Source: an uncultured Planctomycetota bacterium (lineage in GTDB: Bacteria > Planctomycetota > Planctomycetia > Gemmatales > Gemmataceae). Taken from it: DNA of 64,000 nt. Below, piece after piece: positions 1 through 8,577 of the stretch. The notes under the pieces were generated by a model that saw only the letters and a list, made by a program, of their open reading frames with translations, ran no database searches and was not told the origin of the DNA. The stretch lies in assembly GCA_963849325.1 (NCBI GenBank), contig CAWKHF010000007.1, forward strand, positions 64,001-128,000. Direction: 5' to 3'. The number at the start of each line of letters is the position of its first letter. The stretch's first letter is position 1. Made by a program: the position numbers and the translations under genes.

Positions 1-61
1 CTTACCGCCGGACGTGCTGGCGCAGCTCTATCGGACAAACGCTTTGCATTTGCTAAAATGA
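1..61 (+). CDS. 3' end of a gene entering the window, possibly amidohydrolase family
   Basis: Frame 2 reads LPPDVLAQLYRTNALHLLK-stop(59-61), resembling the C-terminus of amidohydrolase_2 proteins; only 19 codons are visible. Confidence 0.4.
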   Translation, partial: LPPDVLAQLYRTNALHLLK

Positions 62-141
62 ACCACAGATGAACACAGATAAACACGGATGAAGAATTCC
101 GAAACGAATTGATCTGTGTTCATCCGTGTTCATCTGTGGTT
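61..141. repeat. Inverted repeat built from three tandem 10-mers per arm
   Basis: AACCACAGAT-GAACACAGAT-AAACACGGAT (61-90) and its near-perfect reverse complement (112-141). Confidence 0.9.
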
Positions 142-164
142 GATTGTTTTTGTTGAGGCGTTTC

Positions 165-1502
165 ATGCCGTCCGATACTCCTGTCCTTCCGCAACCCAAC
201 GGCGAGCCTCGGCGCGATCCGGGGCTGCCGACCGTGACGCCGCCGACGGGCAGCATGTTCTTCCGCCTTTTCGGCGTGCCGGCGCTGATCGTCGGCGGTC
301 TGGTGCTGCTGCTCATCCTCGCCCAGCCGTTCCTCGGCAAGGCCAGCAAGTTCCTGGTCGGCCGGGCCTGGGGCACGGCCACGCCGGAGCAGTTCTTGCG
401 CGACCTGGACGACACCAATGGCGAGGTCCGCTGGCGCGCCGCCAACGACCTCGCCCAAGTGCTGCTCCGCGACGACAACCTCGCCTCCGACAGCGCCTTC
501 GCCCTGCAACTCGTTCACCGTCTCCGCAAAGTCCTCGACAGCAGCGCCCCGTTCGAGAAGATCCACGCCGAACACTTCGCCAAGCTGTCGCCTCCAGACG
601 AGGCCGGCGAGTTGAAGAAGCTCGATCCCGACCGCAATTACATTCTGCTCTTGACTCAGTGTCTCGGTCATTTCATGGTTCCCGTGGGGGCGCCCACCCT
701 CGAAGAGATGGCCGCGCAGGAGAGCGGGCTTGATCCGCGCCCCCTCAACGCTCGGCGGCGGCAGGCGCTGTGGGCGCTGGCCAACCTAGGCGAGAACGTC
801 AAGCGCTTCGACGAGTTGCCGGCCGAGCAGCAAGCGTCCGTGCAGTCGCAGCTGGAGACGGCCGCCGGCTCCGGCGAGCCGTCCGCCGCGGCGAAGGCCG
901 CCCTCGACTATCTGAAGCGACGCCAGGAAGGCCGGCCGACTGCGTTGGGCGTGGATCGTGTCATCGAGAAGTGCGCCGCCGCCGAGGATCCGTCCCTGCG
1001 CGAGCTGGCGGCCTTCGTCGCCAATTTCTGGAGCGGCACGCCGGCAGAGAATGCTCGCATGGAGAAGACCTTGCTCCGCCTGTGCGACGACCCCGGCCGG
1101 GGCGAAGAGACCCTGGCCCAACTGGAGGAGGAGAATCGTCAGGAGGAGACGCGCAAGCTGGTCAAGAAGCCCGGCTTCCGCGTGCAGGTCAACGCCGCCA
1201 TCGCCCTGGCCCGCCACGGCTGGAAGGTCCGGCTTGGCCTGCTGCAAACCATGCTCGACATGGACGAGCTGCGGAGCATCTTCGTCTTGCAGTCGAAGAA
1301 GGGCGGCGCGGAACAGCCCGACGAGGCGGTCGTCGTGGAGACCGTCGTCAACGCTCTCAAGGCGGTCGCGGAACTGCACCGCATGGACCCGCGGCGCGAC
1401 CTCTCCAGCCTGCGGCCGAACATCGATAAGCTGGCCCATAACCCCAACCCGGCCGTGAGCACCGAGGCCGGCAAGGTCGTGCTCACCCTGAACCAACCCT
1501 GA
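165..1502 (+). CDS. Membrane-anchored HEAT-repeat-like protein
   Basis: N-terminal TM segment (LFGVPALIVGGLVLLLILA) followed by helical repeats (EVRWRAANDLA, RRRQALWALANLG, VQVNAAIALARHG); ATG at 165. Confidence 0.75.
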   Translation: MPSDTPVLPQPNGEPRRDPGLPTVTPPTGSMFFRLFGVPALIVGGLVLLLILAQPFLGKASKFLVGRAWGTATPEQFLRDLDDTNGEVRWRAANDLAQVLLRDDNLASDSAFALQLVHRLRKVLDSSAPFEKIHAEHFAKLSPPDEAGELKKLDPDRNYILLLTQCLGHFMVPVGAPTLEEMAAQESGLDPRPLNARRRQALWALANLGENVKRFDELPAEQQASVQSQLETAAGSGEPSAAAKAALDYLKRRQEGRPTALGVDRVIEKCAAAEDPSLRELAAFVANFWSGTPAENARMEKTLLRLCDDPGRGEETLAQLEEENRQEETRKLVKKPGFRVQVNAAIALARHGWKVRLGLLQTMLDMDELRSIFVLQSKKGGAEQPDEAVVVETVVNALKAVAELHRMDPRRDLSSLRPNIDKLAHNPNPAVSTEAGKVVLTLNQP

Positions 1503-1546
1503 CCCGAGCGAACTCGAACGAGGCGGAAGCAAGGAGTATCCATCCG

Positions 1547-2005
1547 ATGGCAGCGACGCGCGAGCAGATCCTGGACGCCTTGTGCAAGGCGTACAACATG
1601 GAACTGGAGACGGTCACCAACTACCTGGCCAACAGCATCAACCTGGACGGCGTCCGCGCCGACTTCGTCAAGCAGGCCCTCTCCGCCGACATCCAGGGCG
1701 AGCTGGGGCACGCTCAGCAGCTGGGCAATCGCATCAAGCAGCTCGGCGGCAGCGTGCCCGGCAGCCTCTCCCTGAAGATGACGCAGAAGTCCTTGCAGCC
1801 GCGCGAGGACACCACCGACGTCGTCGATGTCATTCGCGGAGTGCTGGAGGCCGAGGAAGAGGCGATCAACCATTACCGCACGATCATCAAGCTGACCGAT
1901 GGCGAGGACTACGTCACACAGGATCTCGCCATCACGCTGCTGACCGACGAGGAAGGGCATCGCCAGCAGTTCCAAGGTTATCTCAAAGAGTATACCAAGA
2001 AGTGA
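1547..2005 (+). CDS. Ferritin-like / bacterioferritin-family protein
   Basis: 152 aa with di-iron-type motifs (MELET, ELGHA, EAEEEAINHY, DEEGH); SD AAGGAG upstream. Confidence 0.85.
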   Translation: MAATREQILDALCKAYNMELETVTNYLANSINLDGVRADFVKQALSADIQGELGHAQQLGNRIKQLGGSVPGSLSLKMTQKSLQPREDTTDVVDVIRGVLEAEEEAINHYRTIIKLTDGEDYVTQDLAITLLTDEEGHRQQFQGYLKEYTKK

Positions 2006-2010
2006 TATGG

Positions 2011-2071
2011 TTAGCCGCGACGCGCAGCGGAGCGCGGGTCTGTCCTGCGCTCCGCTGCGCGTCGCGGCTAA
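2011..2071. repeat. REP-like palindrome, family B (TAGCCGCGACGCGCAGCGGAGCGC)
   Basis: Long inverted repeat; near-identical copy at 49326-49392 and a half copy near 31389-31410. Confidence 0.9.
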
Positions 2072-2086
2072 ACAAAGGAGGACGGC

Positions 2087-3085
2087 ATGGAAGCAGTCCA
2101 CATCATCGGCGCCGGCGGCATCGGCTGTGCCGTCGGCCATGCTCTTTGCACGATCGGCGTTCCCGTCACTTTCGTGGATGCCGATGTCGCCAAGATCGAT
2201 TGGGGCCGGCGACACGGCGTCGTCGTGGACGGTTTGTCGCCACGGCCCGCCGCCTTCGTCCCTTTCGCCGACTGGCAGCCGTCCGCCGACGCCGTCATCC
2301 TTCTCTGCACGAAATGCTACGACAACGCCGCCGTGCTCGAACGAGTTCCGGCGTCCGTTCGGCTTGTGCCGATCCAGAACGGTTTCGATCCGCTGCTGCA
2401 CTCTCGCGGCCACGCCATTGAGGGGATCGCCTCGTTCGTCTCCGAATGTCTGCCGCAGCGGACGCACACGCGCCTCACGCGCGCCGGCCGCCTGCATCTG
2501 GGCCATCGGTCCTCGGCGAGCGACGATCGATCGGAGTTCCCGGATTGCCTTGGGGTGCTGACCGAGGGCCGGCAGCCGATCGCGGGCGGACGCATCCGTG
2601 TCGAGACGGTCGAGGACATTCTGCCGTACAAGTACACGAAGTTGATGTACAACGCGGCCATCAGTCCGCTGGCCTCCGCCGCCGGCCTGGACAACGGTGA
2701 ATTGCTGCGCCGGCCGCGGTTGCGCGGCCTGTTCTTCGATCTACTCCGCGAGAACCATGCCATCTTGCGGCGTGCCGGCATCTGTCTGGGCAAGGTCGGT
2801 CCCCTGCATCCGTCCACCGTGGCCGCCATCCTGCGCCGGCCGCTGGTGGCGCACGCCCTGGCCTGGGCGTTCTACCCCAGTCTGCGGCGCACCTACTGCT
2901 CAATGTCCGGCGACCTGCCGACCGGCCGCACTGAGATCGATTATTACAATGGACATCTTCTCGAACTGGCCGGCGATGGCCCCTGTCCGCTCAACCGCCG
3001 CGTCTACGCTCTGGTCCAGCGCATGCAGCGCAAGCGCATCGCTCCGCATCCCGACGTCCTGGACGAACTGCCGCTCGCGGCCTAG
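2087..3085 (+). CDS. Ketopantoate reductase (ApbA/PanE) family protein
   Basis: Rossmann IIGAGGIG, LCTKCYD, IQNG, KLMYNAAI, SMSGDL...RTEIDYYNG motifs. Confidence 0.85.
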   Translation: MEAVHIIGAGGIGCAVGHALCTIGVPVTFVDADVAKIDWGRRHGVVVDGLSPRPAAFVPFADWQPSADAVILLCTKCYDNAAVLERVPASVRLVPIQNGFDPLLHSRGHAIEGIASFVSECLPQRTHTRLTRAGRLHLGHRSSASDDRSEFPDCLGVLTEGRQPIAGGRIRVETVEDILPYKYTKLMYNAAISPLASAAGLDNGELLRRPRLRGLFFDLLRENHAILRRAGICLGKVGPLHPSTVAAILRRPLVAHALAWAFYPSLRRTYCSMSGDLPTGRTEIDYYNGHLLELAGDGPCPLNRRVYALVQRMQRKRIAPHPDVLDELPLAA

Positions 3086-3147
3086 CGTTCCGCCGCCAGC
3101 GACTATAATGACGGTGTGAACCCTCGGTCTTCCAGGAGAACGCTGTC

Positions 3148-3510
3148 ATGTCCGCGTCCGGGTCGGAACCACTGACCCCGTTGTCCCTCCGCAAAGATGG
3201 TCCCGATCACCTGCTCATCGAGTGGAGCGACGGGCATCACAGCGTCTACACCTGGCAGCACCTGCGGGCCAATTGCCCCTGCGCCGGCTGCCGCGACGAG
3301 CGCGAGAAACCGCCCGATCCTTTCCGCATTCTCAAGCCCGGCGAGCTGGCGCCGCTGGCCCCGCTGCGCATGCCGCCGGTCGGTCGTTACGCCTACAAGA
3401 TCGTCTGGAGCGACGGTCACGATTCCGGCATCTACACCCTGGAACACCTGCGTTCCCTTTGTCAGTGTCCTCAATGCACCGTCCGAGCCGCGAGCGTTAG
3501 CGAGCGGTGA
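3148..3510 (+). CDS. DUF971 (GBBH-like N-terminal) protein
   Basis: [36 protein letters not shown] motifs. Confidence 0.9.
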   Translation: MSASGSEPLTPLSLRKDGPDHLLIEWSDGHHSVYTWQHLRANCPCAGCRDEREKPPDPFRILKPGELAPLAPLRMPPVGRYAYKIVWSDGHDSGIYTLEHLRSLCQCPQCTVRAASVSER

Positions 3511-3541
3511 AGCGAGCGCTCGCTAACGCTCGCGGCTCGGA
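3482..3541. repeat. REP-like palindrome, family A (CCGAGCCGCGAGCGTTAGCGAGCG)
   Basis: Perfect arms; overlaps the last codons and stop of the DUF971 gene. Confidence 0.9.
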
Positions 3542-3562
3542 TGGACTACTCGGAGAACTCCC

Positions 3563-4387
3563 ATGCAGCCTCACGCTGGCCCGTCGCAGAAGATCGCCCT
3601 GCCGAACATTCAGAACGTCGTGGCCGTGGCCAGCGGCAAAGGCGGCGTCGGCAAATCGACCGTGGCCGCCAATCTCGCCCTGGCCCTGGCACCGCATCAG
3701 CCCCCGCGTCGGACTGATGGACGCCGACATTTACGGACCCAGCGTGCCGATCATGATGGGCGTCCCCGGCGTCGTCGATCAGGCGACCACGCCGTTTCCG
3801 CTGGAGCGCTACGGCCTGAAACTCATGTCGATGGGCTTTCTGGTGCCGCCGTCGCAGGCGGTCATCTGGCGCGGCCCGATGGTGCATCGCGCCATCACGC
3901 AGTTTCTGACGGACATCAACTGGGGCGCCCTCGATTACCTGGTCATCGATCTGCCGCCGGGCACCGGCGACGCCCAGCTCGACGCTGACGCAGACGGCGC
4001 CGCTGTCCGGGGCGGTGATCGTGACGACGCCGCAGGACGTGGCCCTCATCGACGCGCGCAAGGGGCTGGAGATGTTCCGGCAAGTGCGCGTGCCGGTGCT
4101 GGGCATCGTCGAGAACATGAGCTATTTCGAGGGCGAGGACGGCAAGCGTGTCAACCTGTTCGGCCACGGCGGCGGCCGAAAGCTGGCGTCGGAGGCCGGC
4201 GTGCCGCTGCTGGGCGAAATCCCCATCGACCCGCGCGTGGCCGAGTGCGGCGACCAGGGTCGAGCCGATCGTTCACAAGTATCCCGATTCCGGCGTGGCG
4301 AAGGCGTATCAGGCGCTGGCGGCGACCGTGATCGAACAATTGCGTCGAACCGATAAAGGGCCGGAGCTACCCGAAGTGCAGCTGTAA
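3563..4387 (+). CDS. apbC: Mrp/NBP35 (ApbC) Fe-S cluster carrier ATPase, frameshifted in this sequence
   Basis: [50 protein letters not shown] spread over three frames (shifts near 3695, 3980, 4260). Confidence 0.9.
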
Positions 4388-4393
4388 AACGCA

Positions 4394-4439
4394 CCGAGCC
4401 TACAACGCTCCCGTCGTTAGGGGATCGCTGCAGGCTCGG
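4394..4439. terminator. Imperfect hairpin between convergent genes (possible bidirectional terminator or degenerate REP)
   Basis: CCGAGCCTACAACGCTCCC...GGGATCGCTGCAGGCTCGG. Confidence 0.45.
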
Positions 4440-4461
4440 CTCTTGAATGGGAAGGGTCAGG

Positions 4462-4620
4462 TCAATGAGAATGGTGTGGCCGCACCGGCGCGTACCGGCT
4501 TGCCTTGACGGGAGGAGATGACGATTTCCGAGCGGGCCTGACCGAGCGCGATGACCCTCCGAGGATCGGCCCGATGAAACAAGTCCACAAAGCAATGAAA
4601 GCCGCCCAGCGGAATTGCAT
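4462..4620 (-). CDS. Small 52-aa protein with hydrophobic N-terminus (absent from ORF track)
   Basis: MQFRWAAFIALWTCFIGPILGGSSRSVRPARKSSSPPVKASRYAPVRPHHSH-stop; AGGT upstream; directly downstream of a sigma-54 promoter. Confidence 0.55.
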   Translation of the reverse strand: MQFRWAAFIALWTCFIGPILGGSSRSVRPARKSSSPPVKASRYAPVRPHHSH

Positions 4621-4674
4621 GCGACACCTGGACGTACACTCCGGCGCGGCGAGGGGCGAATACCGAAGTCGTTT

Positions 4675-4690
4675 CGCAACTAACGTGCCG
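4675..4690 (-). promoter_or_regulatory. Sigma-54 (-24/-12) promoter
   Basis: Minus strand CGGCACGTTAGTTGCG = GG-N10-GC, matches TGGCACG-N4-TTGC. Confidence 0.7.
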
Positions 4691-4864
4691 CCCCCGAAGA
4701 GGACGAGCGTGTTGATCTCTTAACTACCTGGAAAATAAAGACCTATCGCACAGTCGAAGGGAAAGGACGCATCGACGAATCCGGGTTGGATGTATCCGGG
4801 ATTTGGCGCGGGAAACAGAGGGAGTGAAGGAAGGGAAACCATTGCTCGCTCGGCTTGGTCCTCC

Positions 4865-6326
4865 TCAACTCTCCGTCTCGTCGCCGCCGGTGATGGTGCG
4901 ATCGATGTGAATGCCGAGGTCGCGGATCTTGGTCCGCAGACTGCCGCGCGTGATGCCGAGAATCTTCGCCGCTTGCAGTTGGTTGCCGCCGGTGTGCCGC
5001 AGGACACGCATCAACAGCAAACGCTCCAGTCGCCGCACCGTCTCGGCGTACAGTTCCTCCGTGCCGGCCTGAAGCCGCGTCTCGATGAACTGCTCCAATC
5101 CCGCATCCCGCGGCGCCGCATCGTCCGTACCGCCGACGTCCGTTTCCTTCGCGACGGCCCCGGTGACACTCGTTGGTAGGAAGTCCGGCAACAGCAAAGG
5201 ACCGGCCGCCTTCAAGAGCGCTTGCTTGAGTACACTTTGCAGCTCGCGCACGTTGCCCGGCCACGGATAGCGTCGCAGCAGCTCCAGCGCCTCGGGCGAG
5301 ACGCCTTGCACGTCCTTGCCCAGCTCGCGGTTGAAGCGGCGCAGGTAGTGACCGATTAGCAGGCATAGATCGTCGCCGCGCATCCGCAGCGGCGGTAGGT
5401 GGATCGTGAACACACTCAGGCGGTAATACAAATCCTGCCGGAATTTCCCGGCGGCGACGGAGGACTCCAGATTAGCGTTCGTCGCCGCCAACATGCGCAC
5501 GTCGGTGCGGATCGTCTCGTTGCCGCCGAGGCGCTCGAACGTCTGTTCCTGCAAAACGCGCAGCAACTTGCTCTGCGTCAGCGAACTCATGGTGCCGACT
5601 TCATCGAGGAACAGCGTGCCGCCGGAACACTGCTCGAACTTGCCGATGCGGCGGCGGTCGGCGCCGGTGAAGGCGCCCTTCTCGTGGCCAAACAGCTCGC
5701 TCTCCAGCAGGTTCTCCGGGATGGCGGCGCAGTTGATGGGCAGAAACGGTCCATTCGCCCGCCGGCTGTGCTGATACAGAGCGCGAGCGACCAGTTCCTT
5801 GCCGGTGCCACTCTCGCCGGTAATCAGCACGGTCACGTCCTGGGCGGCAACGCGGCCGATGGCCTTGTACACCTCCTGCATGGCCGGGCAGGCGCCGACG
5901 ATGGCGTCGGCGCGCTCGTCCACTTCGTCGTCGGCGGCCAGCACCGCCGGCACGTGCATGAGGCGACCGATCGCCAAGGCGCGCTCGACGACTTGCCGCA
6001 GAGTGCTCAGCTCCAGCGGTTTGAGGAGATACTCGTAGGCGCCGAGCTTCATTGCCTCGATGGCGGTATCGGTCGTGCTCTTGCCGGTGATGAAGATGAC
6101 GAGGCTGCGTGCGTCCAGCTCGCGCAGCCGGCGCAGCATCTCCAGGCCGGACAGGTCGGGCAAATGCACGTCGAGGACGATGACGTCGGGCCGCTCCTGT
6201 CGGGCGATGTCCAAACCCTGCGCCGCGGTCTCGGCCGTAAGGACGGTGACGCTCGGGTCGCGGAAAGCCTTGCGAAAGGCCAGCAGGATGGAAGGCTCGT
6301 CATCGACGACCAGCAACGTCGCCCAT
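4865..6326 (-). CDS. Sigma-54-dependent response regulator (NtrC/AtoC type)
   Basis: Receiver (LVVDDE, VLDVHLPD), AAA+ with GESGTGKE and GAFTGA, Fis-type HTH; ATG at 6326 is one base out of frame (extra G in ATGGGCG). Confidence 0.95.
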
Positions 6327-6347
6327 GACTCTTCTCTCAAAGAAGCC

Positions 6348-6502
6348 ATCACCACGGAAAACACGGAAAAAGACCAGCACGAGTAGATCATGACAGGCGG
6401 ATGAAGCAACCCAAAGTGTAGCCGCGATATTTGTGGATCGCTTTCTCTCCTCTTGTTCTTTCTTTGTCTTTTTTCCGTGTCTTCCGTGTTTTCCGTGGTG
6501 AT
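6348..6502. repeat. Inverted repeat built from tandem 9-mers (CACGGAA core)
   Basis: ATCACCACGGAAAACACGGAAAAAGAC ... TTTTCCGTGTCTTCCGTGTTTTCCGTGGTGAT between kinase and regulator genes. Confidence 0.85.
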
Positions 6503-6510
6503 CGTTTTTT

Positions 6511-7977
6511 TCAAGACGGCAGGGTGAAGGTGAACACGGCGCCGCCTTCGGGGTCGTTCTCGCCGTGGATGCTGCCGCCGTTCGCTTCGAGCAGCCGCTG
6601 ACAGATCGACAGCCCCAGTCCCAGGCCGGTCTCCTTGCCGCTGACGAACGGCTCGAACAGCCGAGCGAGGATCGGCGCGGCGATGCCCGGCCCGCTGTCG
6701 TGCAGACACACCACCACTTGCGGCGGCTCGTCCATCGATCGCACGTCCAGGCGCAGGTCGCCACCATGCGGCATGGCATCCAGGGCGTTGAGCAGCAGGT
6801 TGACCAGCACCTGCTGGATCTGTTCGCCATCGATGAGCAACTCGACCGGATCGGGCGGCAGTTCCGTCTTGACGCGGACGTTCTGCCGGCGAACCCGTCC
6901 CTCGACCAGGGTAAGAGCGCGGCGAACGACCGCCAGCAGGTCGGTACGGCGGCGCTCGGCGCCGGGCGGACGAGCGAAGTCGAGGAAGGTCTGAATGCAC
7001 GCCTCCATGCGGCGAATCTCGTGCTCGATGATGGTCAGGTCTTCCGCGGGCAGGCCGCTCGGCGGTTCGCCTTCCAGGCCAGTCTGCACCAGCATCTTGA
7101 CCGACGTGAGCGGATTGCGCAGCTCGTGGGCCACGCCGGCGGCAACCTGGCCGACCGCCGCCAACTGTTCGGCGCGCAGCACCTCGCGCTCGCGCTGGTG
7201 CAGACGGCGAAAGACCTCCTCGATCTGCTCGCCGATGGCCTGCATCTGGCGATTCAGCGCCGACAGGTTGCCGTCGCCCTCCAGGGTGACCGGACGCAGC
7301 TCGCTGTTGAGCCGGCCGGCCGCGTCGCGGATGCGCACGCTCAACTGGTAGATCGACTGGTGCATCCGCCGCGCCACCGCGTAGCCGAGCAGCAGGCCGG
7401 CCAACGGCGCCCCGATGCCGACGGCCAACAGACCTCCCGTCAGACGATCAACGATGAGGCGATTGGTTTGGTCCGACTCGCTCACCTGCCGCGTGTTGTA
7501 CTCCAGCAGGCGCGAGCAGCGCTGCAACAAATCCTCGTCCAGCCGCAGCGCCAGTCCTCGGTCGAACTCCTCCAGCTCCTCGCGGGAGGTATGGCGCGGG
7601 CGTTTGCCCCACGCCTCCCGGTAGCGCGCCCAGCTCTCGGCCACTTGCCGGACGTGTGCCTTCTCCTCGTCGCTGTTGGCGTAGTCGGCGACTTTTTTCA
7701 ACTGGAGTTCGGCCCGATCGTGATGCTTGGTCAACTCCGCCGTCAGCTGTTCGGGCCGAGAGTGATCGCCGCGCAGCAGGGGAACGAGTTCATCCAGTGT
7801 CGTCTCCAACTCCTTGTCGGCGACGGTGCTGGCCGCGTTCTCCGTCAGGACGTGCGAGACCTGGCGATAGAGGTGGTTGAGGTAGATGGCCCCCAGAGTG
7901 CAGGCGGCGACGAGCAGCAGACTGCCGGCTGCCGCCGCCCAACGGACGACCGTTTCCATGCGGGTAGTAATGACCAC
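6511..7977 (-). CDS. Membrane sensor histidine kinase
   Basis: Two TM segments around a helical periplasmic domain; H-box AHELRNPL, N-box NLLLNALDA, DSGPGI, GLGLGL. Confidence 0.95.
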   Translation of the reverse strand: MVITTRMETVVRWAAAAGSLLLVAACTLGAIYLNHLYRQVSHVLTENAASTVADKELETTLDELVPLLRGDHSRPEQLTAELTKHHDRAELQLKKVADYANSDEEKAHVRQVAESWARYREAWGKRPRHTSREELEEFDRGLALRLDEDLLQRCSRLLEYNTRQVSESDQTNRLIVDRLTGGLLAVGIGAPLAGLLLGYAVARRMHQSIYQLSVRIRDAAGRLNSELRPVTLEGDGNLSALNRQMQAIGEQIEEVFRRLHQREREVLRAEQLAAVGQVAAGVAHELRNPLTSVKMLVQTGLEGEPPSGLPAEDLTIIEHEIRRMEACIQTFLDFARPPGAERRRTDLLAVVRRALTLVEGRVRRQNVRVKTELPPDPVELLIDGEQIQQVLVNLLLNALDAMPHGGDLRLDVRSMDEPPQVVVCLHDSGPGIAAPILARLFEPFVSGKETGLGLGLSICQRLLEANGGSIHGENDPEGGAVFTFTLPS

Positions 7978-8083
7978 GGCCCCTCAGCAACTCGTCGCGG
8001 ACAGGAACGACAAGGCGGACGTGGTAGGCATTATACCGCAAAGCTCCGCGACTCGGGGATGGACGTTGATCGGCGCGGAGGGC

Positions 8084-8115
8084 AAGAAAAAACCCGCGCC
8101 GGGGGGAGCGCGGGT
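8084..8115 (-). terminator. Rho-independent terminator
   Basis: Minus strand ACCCGCGC-loop-GCGCGGGT followed by a T-tract (TTTTTCTT). Confidence 0.75.
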
Positions 8116-8355
8116 GGGGGAGGGGAGGAAAGCGTTTGGACTATTCCCTCTATCGGCGGATGCGGCGAGGGTCGGTTCGCCGCACCCGCCCGTCCGGACA
8201 AGCCGGAGATTGATGGTCCTTCCGAAACGATGGCGTCGCCCGAGTCCGCCCAAGGGATCGAACGGACCCGGGCCACTACCATGCCGCTCGGGACATCGCC
8301 CGAGCCTCTTCTGTTCCAGCCCCGATTCAATCGCGTGGCGATTGCTGGCTGATGG
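8084..8355 (-). ncRNA. Candidate sigma-54-dependent sRNA or attenuator leader (~270 nt)
   Basis: Bounded by sigma-54 promoter and intrinsic terminator; internal hairpins; no convincing ORF. Confidence 0.4.
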
Positions 8356-8365
8356 CATAAGGAGA

Positions 8366-8382
8366 AGCAACTGCCATGCCAA
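8366..8382 (-). promoter_or_regulatory. Sigma-54 (-24/-12) promoter
   Basis: Minus strand TTGGCATGGCAGTTGCT, near-consensus with exact GG-N10-GC spacing. Confidence 0.75.
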
Positions 8383-8482
8383 CTTTCCGCAAGAAAAGGA
8401 CTGCTCGACGTAAGTTCTTGACGGATAAGGTTGACTTGAATCATGAGGTCGAGTCGGCTTCGGAACCGTGCGCGGGAGTAAA

Positions 8483-8500
8483 GCAATTGTTACAAATTGC
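8483..8500. promoter_or_regulatory. Candidate enhancer (UAS) palindrome
   Basis: GCAATT-GTTACA-AATTGC dyad about 100 bp upstream of the sigma-54 promoter. Confidence 0.4.
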
Positions 8501-8577
8501 CGCAAGGGGGCGTAAGAAATGCAACAATCTGCAAACCCCATTCTTCCCGGCATCATCCCAAACGGTCGGAGTGGCCT

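Noticed and set aside
61-141. Short repeat clusters here and at 6348, 33807 and 63546 as CRISPR arrays
   Set aside because: Units are 7-10 bp, tandem and inverted, with no unique spacers and no cas genes
4865-7000. 711-aa extended response regulator ORF
   Set aside because: The extension runs through the repeat element and overlaps the kinase; the real start at 6326 is offset by one extra G
8352-8369. Plus-strand TGGCATAAGGAGAAGC as a sigma-54 promoter
   Set aside because: GG-to-GC spacing is 11 rather than 10 and TTGC is absent; the overlapping minus-strand site fits properly
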